IMG/VR virus record: IMGVR_UViG_3300030047_000019
Span: 1-61,401 of that record
Strand: one strand, 5' to 3'
Length of the DNA: 61,401 bases
Origin: a virus
Taxonomy: Duplodnaviria > Caudoviricetes
In this document: in pieces, positions 50,142 through 58,714 of the stretch
Position numbering within the stretch: position 1 is the first letter of the stretch
How the letters are laid out: each line of letters starts with the position of its first letter
Made by a program: the position numbers and the translations under genes
Notes under the pieces: generated by a model
What the model saw: the letters and a program-made list of their open reading frames with translations, nothing else
Database searches by the model: none
What the model was told of the DNA's origin: nothing

Positions 50142-50534
50142 CTATTTTGTTACAGCCTTTGTTGCTGAAGGCGTTGGTTTTTTATCATCCCTTTTTTCGA
50201 ATATATAGGTAAGCTGATCATTTGCTGTTATATTTAATGATATTGGATCTACATATTTCCAACCTGTTTTATCCATAAAATTAAATATCTCAGTAAGACT
50301 TAAAAAAGCAACATCCTTACCTGTAGTTTTATCCAGAAAGACCAATTTGTCACGGTCGGCATAGATTGTTGCATGCCATTCTGTTGTGAGGTGATAAACT
50401 CCAATAATACAATACTTCGAAACCAATTCTTTTAAATCACCGGTTTCTGATCCTTCCTTATATGACTTTGTCGGTTGGGCATAACAGGAAATCGACACTA
50501 CTAAAATAATTAATGCAAGCAATAGTTTTTTCAT
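50142..50534 (-). CDS. Secreted/periplasmic protein (moron-like)
   Basis: Signal peptide MKKLLLALIILVVSISCYA. Confidence 0.6.
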   Translation of the reverse strand: MKKLLLALIILVVSISCYAQPTKSYKEGSETGDLKELVSKYCIIGVYHLTTEWHATIYADRDKLVFLDKTTGKDVAFLSLTEIFNFMDKTGWKYVDPISLNITANDQLTYIFEKRDDKKPTPSATKAVTK

Positions 50535-50639
50535 TTGGTTTTGATTTTTGGTTTACCCCACTAAGTTAAACCAATTTAACCAAATAAAAAAATCTTTGTT
50601 TTTTAACCCTTCCCTTGTGGGGGAGGTTTGGAGGGGGCT

Positions 50640-51212
50640 TCAAAGTATCTTCATCGCCACCGAATTAACCACCGCATCCGCGTTAATCCGTGCAATTTTC
50701 TCAACCAACTCAGGCAAATACTGGTCCAGCACCGGGTTAAACCATTCAACGGCCACCCTCGGGTGCACCTGCGGACCTTTAGCCGTCCGGTTCACAAATC
50801 CGGTACCCGTCGCATGATAACCCCTTCCCACACCTTTATGAACAAACACCCCATGCCGCTCAAACTTAAAGGCTATTTTAGTGATCGTTTCATAATCTTT
50901 CTTGGTATAACTACCTATACTATCGGCCAGTTTCTTTTCTGTTTGTTTCCCATGGTCCCGGATCACAAACGACTCTGTCTTCCCATCCGAGAACCAACGA
51001 GCTGAGCTTATCAAGGCTCTTCTCACCTTGGGAACCCACATCTCAATCAGTTCATTCTGCCTCACTCCCGCAAGCATATCCTGAAGCGTTTCCTGCTCGC
51101 TGCGATTCACCAGGATAACCGGCTTCGAATTCCCATATCCTCTGCCTCCGCCAACCCTGTTGCCCGTCAGCTGATTAATCCCTGAGTTCGATGAATTCGG
51201 ATCGTATCCCAT
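50640..51212 (-). CDS. Putative neck/tail-completion protein
   Basis: GVFVHKGVGRGY...WFNPV; head-tail region. Confidence 0.55.
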   Translation of the reverse strand: MGYDPNSSNSGINQLTGNRVGGGRGYGNSKPVILVNRSEQETLQDMLAGVRQNELIEMWVPKVRRALISSARWFSDGKTESFVIRDHGKQTEKKLADSIGSYTKKDYETITKIAFKFERHGVFVHKGVGRGYHATGTGFVNRTAKGPQVHPRVAVEWFNPVLDQYLPELVEKIARINADAVVNSVAMKIL

Positions 51213-51326
51213 TTCAGTTTATTGATTATTGTTTATTCCCCGTCATTGCGAGCGTAGCGAAGCAATCTGTTATTAGAAGCTTTTTAAGCCCTCCCTTGTG
51301 GGGAGGGTTTGGGTGGGGCTTCCTTT

Positions 51327-51830
51327 TTATTCCTCCCATTTCGCTGGATTCACTTCATTACTCCTTGGAGAAGTCAGCACATATGTATACCTTATCCCGT
51401 AATTACCATCCAGTTCATTCGCTATCAGCGTCGCTTCCGAAGTCGAAAACTCAAAATTGCGGATCACTGGCGCTAATGGATTATATTTATCAGCCTTCAT
51501 CTTTATCAACAGCTCGTCCCCAATCTCCTCCATGTGGTCCCACACATCATGAATAGCGTCAAAGTTGGTCGGATCAGCCACATGATCGAGCAAAACAAAC
51601 GCTCCCCGTCGGTTTTTCAGCAGGTTATCCGACTTATTATCCATAAAATCATAACTATATCCTTCCAGAATCAAAAAAGGATGTTTAACATCCGTTCGGT
51701 TAATACCGGCCAGCACTTCATCAATCTCCATCCTGAAAAAATGCTTCTCTGTATCCGTATGCCCGATCTCCTTATGCTTCCGTGCCAGGTTCTCAAAATA
51801 ACTAACCAACTGTGAAAATTTCGCTGCCAT
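51327..51830 (-). CDS. Putative tail terminator/head-tail protein
   Basis: Position and size. Confidence 0.5.
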   Translation of the reverse strand: MAAKFSQLVSYFENLARKHKEIGHTDTEKHFFRMEIDEVLAGINRTDVKHPFLILEGYSYDFMDNKSDNLLKNRRGAFVLLDHVADPTNFDAIHDVWDHMEEIGDELLIKMKADKYNPLAPVIRNFEFSTSEATLIANELDGNYGIRYTYVLTSPRSNEVNPAKWEE

Positions 51831-51955
51831 AAAAGCCTCCCCAACCCCTCCACAGGGAGGGGCTTTTTAATTAATGGTTAATAATATCGATTACTTTCAT
51901 TGTATGTAGCGCCTTTTTTAAGCCCTCCCTTGTGGGGAGGGTTTGGGTGGGGCTT

Positions 51956-52762
51956 CTATTTCCTTTGCGCATTCTCCTTATACTTCCTGGTCATATACTG
52001 AAATATCGTATTAACCGGCATCTCTGCCCATTTATCGTTATTCAACACATCATCCCCCACAAAATTCTGAAATATCTTAATCCATGCGGTTCCGTCATCC
52101 CGAACTTTTATTGGTTCGTCCTCCTGAACTTGTTTCAGGACCTCCTCCCTCTTCTGAAAAATCAGCGGATAAGCCAGCGACAGCCATTCATGGATCAACT
52201 GGTAATTAATCACAATGGCTTCCCGGGTATTTCGGTCAAGTTTTCCGACATACCTGTAATTGCGTTGAATAAATATCTCATCAAATTTTTCATTGCGTCT
52301 CAAATAGAGTGAGGCGATGAATTTATTTAAATCGTCTTCCTTTTGGCTTTCCTGGTAATTGCTGAAGTAAGTATCGGCAAAAATAAACTGTCCAAAACTT
52401 ACGCCTTTCAGCTTAGGTTCTGGAGAATATAGGTTTGTTTCCCTGAAAAAGTTTGCAGCATAACGGTCAAAGGTTATTTTTCGAACTATGAATTCATGAA
52501 ATGGCTTGCGGCCGCCAATAAACTCAATACATTCAATCAATTTATAGCGTTCATAATCCGAGCAGTGCTTGAATAAACGATGACTTATACCCGACATTCT
52601 CGACAGAAATACCGTATCACTTATCCTGTTTTTATACAGGCAGGCTATTGAAGTCAGCTGTTTGGCTGTTATTTCCCCCCAATTCTGCGGAAATTGACCC
52701 TTTTTGGTCCGGTAAAGTGGCAAAAATCCTATTGGCCTGTATGTAATCGTAACACTCTTCAT
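51956..52762 (-). CDS. Conserved phage morphogenesis protein
   Basis: P..W.E.T N-terminus; head-tail region. Confidence 0.5.
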   Translation of the reverse strand: MKSVTITYRPIGFLPLYRTKKGQFPQNWGEITAKQLTSIACLYKNRISDTVFLSRMSGISHRLFKHCSDYERYKLIECIEFIGGRKPFHEFIVRKITFDRYAANFFRETNLYSPEPKLKGVSFGQFIFADTYFSNYQESQKEDDLNKFIASLYLRRNEKFDEIFIQRNYRYVGKLDRNTREAIVINYQLIHEWLSLAYPLIFQKREEVLKQVQEDEPIKVRDDGTAWIKIFQNFVGDDVLNNDKWAEMPVNTIFQYMTRKYKENAQRK

Positions 52763-52843
52763 ATCTGCCCTTTTAATGTCCTTAAACTCATTATTGTCCT
52801 TATCCTCATTATTTCCCGAAGGAACTTGAAACTTAAAACTTCT

Positions 52844-53827
52844 TTATCCCCAAAACGTCTTCTTCATCGCATTATCACGGTTGTAAACGCTACCTATTTG
52901 CAGCGAATACACGGGCCAGTCACTGATATGAGCAACCAGGTAACTCTTCAGCTGATCCAGGTAGGAGTTTCCATGCATCCGGTGGCGCGAATACAGCGTG
53001 GCGATGCTATCTCCACTGCTCGGTTTTTTAGTAATGATCGAATCCTTGTTTGCCGTCAAACTGTCGAAATACAAACCTTTCTCAGTCAGGTCCGCGCCCG
53101 ATTCTTCAATCAGCATAGCGGTTGACAGATAGGCAATAGGTTTTCTGATATAGGGAAGTATCGCAACAACTTTCGCTGCCGGAACATCCTTGACCATTTC
53201 TGCCTTTATTTCTTCAAAAATCGATGTTCCCAGGATCGTACGAATCTCCGTATCTTCCACCAATCCCGAATAAGATCTCAACCGAAGGAAAGTCAGTCGG
53301 CTGTTATTGATAAAAATGATCTGATCAAAGGTTTTGGTATCGGGGATGAATGCCGATTTCAGGATGGTCCAGTTGGGAGCCAGTTTAAATTCATTGAAAC
53401 TGTCAATATTGATTTCGATATACTCCAAAATTTCGTCCATGGCGTTAAACCCTGCCGTTTTAAAATACTCCTTCAGCTCGTCCTCCTGGTAATGAAATAG
53501 GCTTTTTACGGTTGTACTTTCCGTACGTTTAAAGCCCATCGATGAGATTGTTGCATTCAACACCTGGAATCCCATCCAGTATGCCAGATGGATCAGCGAT
53601 TTTTGGACCTTGCTTAGCAGTTCTTTCATGGCTTGCTGCACATCGGTAAGTTCACCATCAGGAAATTCATCGTAAAACTCCTGAAGTTCATCAAACAGCG
53701 CCGCACCAAGCAACGGCCGCATATATGCAGTCTCTGCATTCCCAATATGTGGCTTCAACTGACCCATATCCGAACCTGCTCCAATAGCAATAAACTCCTG
53801 AATCTCAACAATCGTTTTAAACAGCAT
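52844..53827 (-). CDS. DUF6712-like head-tail adaptor protein
   Basis: Two internal repeats, directly after the portal; start MLFKT. Confidence 0.6.
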   Translation of the reverse strand: MLFKTIVEIQEFIAIGAGSDMGQLKPHIGNAETAYMRPLLGAALFDELQEFYDEFPDGELTDVQQAMKELLSKVQKSLIHLAYWMGFQVLNATISSMGFKRTESTTVKSLFHYQEDELKEYFKTAGFNAMDEILEYIEINIDSFNEFKLAPNWTILKSAFIPDTKTFDQIIFINNSRLTFLRLRSYSGLVEDTEIRTILGTSIFEEIKAEMVKDVPAAKVVAILPYIRKPIAYLSTAMLIEESGADLTEKGLYFDSLTANKDSIITKKPSSGDSIATLYSRHRMHGNSYLDQLKSYLVAHISDWPVYSLQIGSVYNRDNAMKKTFWG

Positions 53828-53924
53828 GGCAAAATATTTTAAGTTTATCCTTAAACTCCTTAATGTCCTTAATGTCTTTTTAAAGCCCTCCACCTGTGGG
53901 GAGGCTTTGGGTGGGGCTTTTTTT

Positions 53925-55292
53925 TTAACTCAGTACCTTCGTCGTTCCAGCTCCCGTATCCAGCGTTGTCAATACCGTATTTCTGAATCTCCATTCAACC
54001 GTTTCGTCACCTCCGTTATACCGGTGCACGATTTCAATCGGGTCAAGTATTCCCTGCCTGTCCAGCCAGGCATTGGCCACATTCACCAGGTAAGCCTCCC
54101 TGATGTTCGATCCTCCCTGGTTTCCTGCATATGTACCACCGGGCATTCCGGCGCCCATCACGTTTGGATTCACCATGATGGCAAACATGATCTCCGAGTT
54201 GGCAGCTCCAGAAGTGATTAGGTTTTGCTGATTATCCAGTTTATTATCGAGGGGAGCAATGATCCACTGCTCTTCAGCCTTCCCGTTTTGTGGATTGATC
54301 TCGAAAAAAGTAAATATCGGCTTGTCTGCATTGTCGGTGCCGCAAAGATTATCTTCGATAGAGTCCATGTAATCTTCAATGGCTCTCTGTCGTAACGACA
54401 GGTTTTCGAAATCATTTTTGGGAAACTTACGGTCCCAGAACGAATAGGGAATTTGGATGTGCCATTTCCAGGTAATCTGGTTGGAATAAGCCTTTTTAAG
54501 AAAAGCAGGGACCATCCCGGCAATATCCACCCATCCGGCCAGATAAGCGGCATACCAAAGCGGTGACGAATAATATTCATTGTTGCTCCATGAATCACGG
54601 ATGCACATAATGAATGTTTTGCCCTTGGTCTGATTTCCAAATTTCCGGCGCTGCAGGTCTGCCATCGGATCATATTCATCGAGCACATCAATCGTTTGAT
54701 AAATTCCCGAAACGGGAATATTTGGCCATCTGCCCGAAACAACGCACTTTTCAATAACTCCCTGGTCATTGGCAGCGGTCAACCGGCAATATTTGGCATT
54801 AATCGTATTCATTCCCACAATCTGCGAACCATCGGCGTTCATCATAAATTGAACGAAAGCAATGCCATACTTCAGGTAATCGCGCATGGCTTTCTCCATA
54901 TAGCGGCGAACCATGCGACTATTGGCAAAAACAGGAAGGTTTTTATCATTCGGAGCGGCAAGTGTTTCATTGCCATTGGGGTCATAACCGGTCACAATGC
55001 AAGGATAAATACCCTGTCCAAGCGTAAAATTGCGGGTAAAACGCAACCCCGTATTCAGCACTCCCACCTTGCTGATGATGGCATCCGCGGTAGTCGGCCA
55101 TAAATTATCAGATCCCCAGCTGGCTAACGTGACACCATCAAGCCAGGTTCGGTCCAGATCCACCCCTGCCGGTTTTGGCGATGCAGTAGTTTTAGGCCTG
55201 ATTGGATCCGGAGCTCCTTTTGTAACACCCATATACGACTTACCTGAAATCATCAACGGGTCACCTGCCTTATTCCAAAGTATATCTGCCAT
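53925..55292 (-). CDS. Portal protein (putative)
   Basis: WG.DN..P, YYS.P.W and GSNIREA motifs; 455 aa. Confidence 0.7.
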   Translation of the reverse strand: MADILWNKAGDPLMISGKSYMGVTKGAPDPIRPKTTASPKPAGVDLDRTWLDGVTLASWGSDNLWPTTADAIISKVGVLNTGLRFTRNFTLGQGIYPCIVTGYDPNGNETLAAPNDKNLPVFANSRMVRRYMEKAMRDYLKYGIAFVQFMMNADGSQIVGMNTINAKYCRLTAANDQGVIEKCVVSGRWPNIPVSGIYQTIDVLDEYDPMADLQRRKFGNQTKGKTFIMCIRDSWSNNEYYSSPLWYAAYLAGWVDIAGMVPAFLKKAYSNQITWKWHIQIPYSFWDRKFPKNDFENLSLRQRAIEDYMDSIEDNLCGTDNADKPIFTFFEINPQNGKAEEQWIIAPLDNKLDNQQNLITSGAANSEIMFAIMVNPNVMGAGMPGGTYAGNQGGSNIREAYLVNVANAWLDRQGILDPIEIVHRYNGGDETVEWRFRNTVLTTLDTGAGTTKVLS

Positions 55293-55319
55293 CTCTTATA
55301 TTGTTTATTGAAAATTCAT

Positions 55320-56276
55320 TTACCGTCTTTGCGAAATACTGCCTGTCCCGATCCCTCTGGAAAATAATCTATTATTCATAACGTCTTCCCGAACTTGTTT
55401 CGGAACCACTTCTTCAACGTTTTTTTCTTGAAAACTCTTTGATTCCATAATCCTATCCAGACTATTTTTATTATATTCAGAATAAAGGAATAATTTCTGG
55501 TATTCAACTTTAAACTGTTCTGCTATATATGCAATCTTCTCTTCAGAATCAGTGCAAAGGCGAGAGCCGACAGCCGTAAGCGTGCCATCGTAGTCGTAAT
55601 CCGAAGCCGAAAAACCGAACCCGGAAGACAGAACCTCAAACCAGGGATAGTACTTATTTTGTTCAGAATTACTCCAATCCGGTCGCCATCCATTGTTGAT
55701 GGCCTTATAGATAATCAGCAGTTTGTAATATGCAATGATTGGCTTTCTGAATTGTGTAGGGATCAACCTGACATGATGCAAAAAAGTTGGAAAAATATTT
55801 TCCTTAATACGGGCATCCTCGAAGGTTTTGATTGTCCTGAAATCAAATGCAGGATTGGTTTCTGTTGATTCTGTACTTATCTCTTCCGAATATAGGAGAA
55901 AATCCTGGTATTCAATTTGGAACTGTTCGGCTATATATATGGCCTTTTCGCCTGTATCAGTGCAAAGGCGAGAGCCGACAAACGTAGACGTGAAATCGTA
56001 GTAGTAATGCGAATACGAAAAACCGAACCCGGAAGACAGAACCTCAAACCAGGGATAGTACTTATTTTGTTCATAATTACTCCAATCCGGTCGCCATCCA
56101 TTGTTGATGGCCTTATAGATGACCAGTAGTTTGTAATAAGCAAAGATTGGCTTTCTGAATTCCGCCGGGATCCACCTAAGGTAATGCAGAAAAGTCGGAA
56201 AAATATTTTCCTTACTACAGGCATCATCAAAGGTTTTGATTGTCCTGAAATCAAATGTAGGGTTGATTGTGGTCAT
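55320..56276 (-). CDS. Remote DGR target protein 3: tandem duplication of the target domain with two VRs
   Basis: Two copies of FDFRTIKTF...VGSRLCTD; contains VR3 and VR4. Confidence 0.92.
   Translation of the reverse strand: MTTINPTFDFRTIKTFDDACSKENIFPTFLHYLRWIPAEFRKPIFAYYKLLVIYKAINNGWRPDWSNYEQNKYYPWFEVLSSGFGFSYSHYYYDFTSTFVGSRLCTDTGEKAIYIAEQFQIEYQDFLLYSEEISTESTETNPAFDFRTIKTFEDARIKENIFPTFLHHVRLIPTQFRKPIIAYYKLLIIYKAINNGWRPDWSNSEQNKYYPWFEVLSSGFGFSASDYDYDGTLTAVGSRLCTDSEEKIAYIAEQFKVEYQKLFLYSEYNKNSLDRIMESKSFQEKNVEEVVPKQVREDVMNNRLFSRGIGTGSISQRR
55554..55634 (-). repeat. DGR variable repeat VR3
   Basis: 15 mismatches to TR, all at TR adenines. Confidence 0.95.
55962..56042 (-). repeat. DGR variable repeat VR4
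   Basis: 14 mismatches to TR, all at TR adenines. Confidence 0.95.
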
Positions 56277-56415
56277 GATTTTATTTTTAATGGTTAAAAA
56301 TTATTTTATTTATTGAATATTCATTTTTCGTCATTGCGAGGTACGAAGCAATCTGTTACTCTATGCTTCTTTAAGTCTCCCCCTTCCGGGGGAGATTTAG
56401 AGGGGGCTTTGGCTT

Positions 56416-56703
56416 TCACATCCTCACCTTCATCCCGTTCCACTCCACCAACCCGTCAATATGCACCGGGGTAACATGTCCGCAGCCTTCGCCCATCGCA
56501 TCAACCGGCAATACCCCTCTCATCCGGTTCTCCTTCATATTCATCTTCAATCCTGCAGCCACTGCCCGGTGCATAAACACCAGTTCGCCGTCCTTCTTCA
56601 CAAACTTCAGTGAGAAAGTAACCTGCTTCCCGTTCGGAGTTTCCTTTACCTCATATTCTTTCAGCGCCAGGTTCCGGCGTATGGTGATCGGTTTTACAGC
56701 CAT
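56416..56703 (-). CDS. Conserved hypothetical phage protein
   Basis: FSLKFVKKDG...EWNG; first gene of the portal operon. Confidence 0.6.
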   Translation of the reverse strand: MAVKPITIRRNLALKEYEVKETPNGKQVTFSLKFVKKDGELVFMHRAVAAGLKMNMKENRMRGVLPVDAMGEGCGHVTPVHIDGLVEWNGMKVRM

Positions 56704-56731
56704 TCTGCTTAATATTTTTAATTTATGCTTA

Positions 56732-56767
56732 CGAATGTAAGCAGCCCGTTATCTCATGGAAAGGACA
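56732..56767 (-). promoter_or_regulatory. Putative late promoter, copy 8
   Basis: TGTCCTTT-N20-TACATTCG upstream of the portal operon. Confidence 0.7.
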
Positions 56768-56858
56768 AAAAAAATCCTTGCACTTTCCTTTTCCTTAAAG
56801 TTCCTAAACTGCATATGATCCTTAATATCCTTACTCCACAAAAAAAGCCCCGTAGGGC

Positions 56859-57623
56859 TTAAAACAAGGTAAGCTGCTTTACTCCCGTCAACAATTCATC
56901 CAGCAAATCCTCCTTAAACTCCTTAATGACCTTAAAGTCCTTTTCCTCCTTTAAACTTTCAACTTCCTTCAGCACAATCTCACTTTCCTCTTCCCCAATC
57001 GCCACAATGTATGGTCCCAATCCGCTTGGATGAATCTGTACCCTCCATGCCCCGTAAAATTGGTTAGAAAGAGAGTTCATCCATGCCACTTCTCCCAACA
57101 TTCCATTAAGACACATATTAATCACGCACATCATAGCACAATTCCTGTCCACATCCGCTCCATAAAACAATGCATTCCTGTTCACCCTGGCCGCTGCCAT
57201 CAATATCCGTCCCGATCCGCATGCACAATCCATCACCCTCGGTGCGCAGCCAACTTGAAACTTTGAACTTTGAACTTGAAACTCTTCTTGTGTCATCCTT
57301 GCCATCAGATCGCAAATCGGTTCCGGTGTAAAAAACTGCCCGTTATGTCCAAAACTGACAAACTCCATGAAGAATTCTCCAAACACATCATGTAAACCTT
57401 CGCCGTGGTCATCCATCTCCATCACCAGGGCGCCAAACGCTTCAGCTATCAGGTAAGCTTCCGGTTTATCGTATCGCCTCACTATTTCAAGATACCGGTC
57501 TTCCATCGCTCCCAGGCTAAGGGCGCACACTGTCATTTCTAAAAAATCACTGAATACATTCGAAATGCTGTTCCTACGCGCCAACTGCTGCATGTACTGG
57601 GCAAAGCTTTTCTGTTTTTCCAT
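56859..57623 (-). CDS. N-6 DNA methylase-like (HsdM N-half) protein lacking the NPP(Y/F) motif
   Basis: GQFFTP and DCACGSG present; no motif IV. Confidence 0.75.
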   Translation of the reverse strand: MEKQKSFAQYMQQLARRNSISNVFSDFLEMTVCALSLGAMEDRYLEIVRRYDKPEAYLIAEAFGALVMEMDDHGEGLHDVFGEFFMEFVSFGHNGQFFTPEPICDLMARMTQEEFQVQSSKFQVGCAPRVMDCACGSGRILMAAARVNRNALFYGADVDRNCAMMCVINMCLNGMLGEVAWMNSLSNQFYGAWRVQIHPSGLGPYIVAIGEEESEIVLKEVESLKEEKDFKVIKEFKEDLLDELLTGVKQLTLF

Positions 57624-57714
57624 AGTCGTAATGATTAAAAAAAAAGGCCCCGCATCCCTGCAAAGCCTTTCTTTTTTAAGCCTCCCCTCTCGGGGGAGGT
57701 TTGGAGGGGGCTGT

Positions 57715-58188
57715 TTACATTTTCCCTTCATCCGCAAACGAATAATAACTCTCCGAAGTCAGAATCAAATGATCCAGTACCGGTATATCCAGAACCTTAC
57801 CCGCTTCCTGAATCTTCTTTGTCAAATCTTTATCCGCTTCACTGGGTTCCAGGTTTCCCGATGGGTGGCAGTGACTTAGAATTATACTTGCTGAATTTGA
57901 TTTTAAAGCCGTTTGCATAATCATTCGCACATCAGCAATCGTTCCAGTGAGCCCTCCAACCGAAATCTGGCAGTAACCCAGCACTCTGTTATTTCGGTTC
58001 AGACAAAGAATGTAGAAGAATTCCCGGTAATCCAAACTGGGAAAAACACCCTTCAGGCAATCGTAAGCTTCCCATGATGTAACCACCTTTGGCAGTTCCG
58101 AAGCTTTTAACTTTGGTTTATAACTGATTTCGATTTCTGCCAAAGTAGAATTAAACATTGGCACCGGAGTAAATAAATTAGTTTGCAT
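57715..58188 (-). CDS. radC: RadC-like JAB domain protein
   Basis: REFFYILCLNRNN, HCHPSGNLEPSEAD, LDHLIL. Confidence 0.92.
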   Translation of the reverse strand: MQTNLFTPVPMFNSTLAEIEISYKPKLKASELPKVVTSWEAYDCLKGVFPSLDYREFFYILCLNRNNRVLGYCQISVGGLTGTIADVRMIMQTALKSNSASIILSHCHPSGNLEPSEADKDLTKKIQEAGKVLDIPVLDHLILTSESYYSFADEGKM

Positions 58189-58236
58189 TCTATGTCACCA
58201 CTGCCCTGTGGATTTATGTAGGCTGGCTCTCCTGTT

Positions 58237-58397
58237 AATTTTGAGCCATCACCAATTGAGCAGACCGGATTCTAGTCAAGGGCGAATGTCAGTTTCGAAG
58301 AAAGTGACCAAGCGCGAAGCGTGGCTTCCATAAGGGACCAGGAAAGAAGCCACCCTTTACTTTTCCGGCCGGCGATCAATAACTTTGCTCCAAAATT
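58237..58397. promoter_or_regulatory. Frpo-like long hairpin, copy A
   Basis: aattttgagc/gctccaaaatt, attga/tcaat, ccgga/tccgg stems; TTTA-N20-TAACTTTG on the 3' arm. Confidence 0.6.
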
Positions 58398-58490
58398 GAG
58401 TGAGAGTAATCCCCTTCCACCATAAGTCAAGCCCGATTCAAGGCATAAAAAAAGAGGCCTTAGCCTCTTGGAGTTAAAATATCAGCAGCA

Positions 58491-58661
58491 TCAACTTGCG
58501 ATGCTGCTTACAAACTGGTTATATTCAAAGCTGATCAGTTCCTGATCGAGTAATTCAGATGCTCCTTCGAAGTAAATGGAGTCGAGGTACTGGGTGAAGG
58601 CTTCCCAAAGGTTTTGGCGGGTTTCCTGATCTTCTTTTTTGGTCAATCTGTAAGTTTTCAT
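58491..58661 (-). CDS. Small acidic protein (not in ORF track)
   Basis: Hand translation MKTYRLTKKEDQ...YLDSIYFEGASELLDQELISFEYNQFVSSIAS, 56 aa; terminator-like hairpins on both sides. Confidence 0.6.
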   Translation of the reverse strand: MKTYRLTKKEDQETRQNLWEAFTQYLDSIYFEGASELLDQELISFEYNQFVSSIAS

Positions 58662-58714
58662 ACGATAGTTTTTAAAGGTTTTTAAAGCCCCCGGTTTCCC
58701 GGGGGCAATTTCTT

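Larger units (their letters stand above)
10670..57712. repeat. Dispersed REP-like GC-rich palindrome family (AAGCCCTCCCTTGTGGGGAGGGTTTGGGTGGGGCT-like), more than 20 copies
   Basis: Copies near 10745, 21990, 22618, 29022, 30508-30600, 31703, 31795, 32462, 32558, 33664-33745, 39842-39940, 44188, 44283-44372, 44569, 48315, 50606, 51285, 51833, 51920, 53882, 56371, 57676. Confidence 0.85.

Noticed and set aside
30533-52312. ORFs containing PSLVGRVWVG or PPxGGFRGG peptides, and N-terminal extensions of several genes
   Set aside because: Translations of the REP-like repeat rather than real coding sequence; starts were adjusted accordingly
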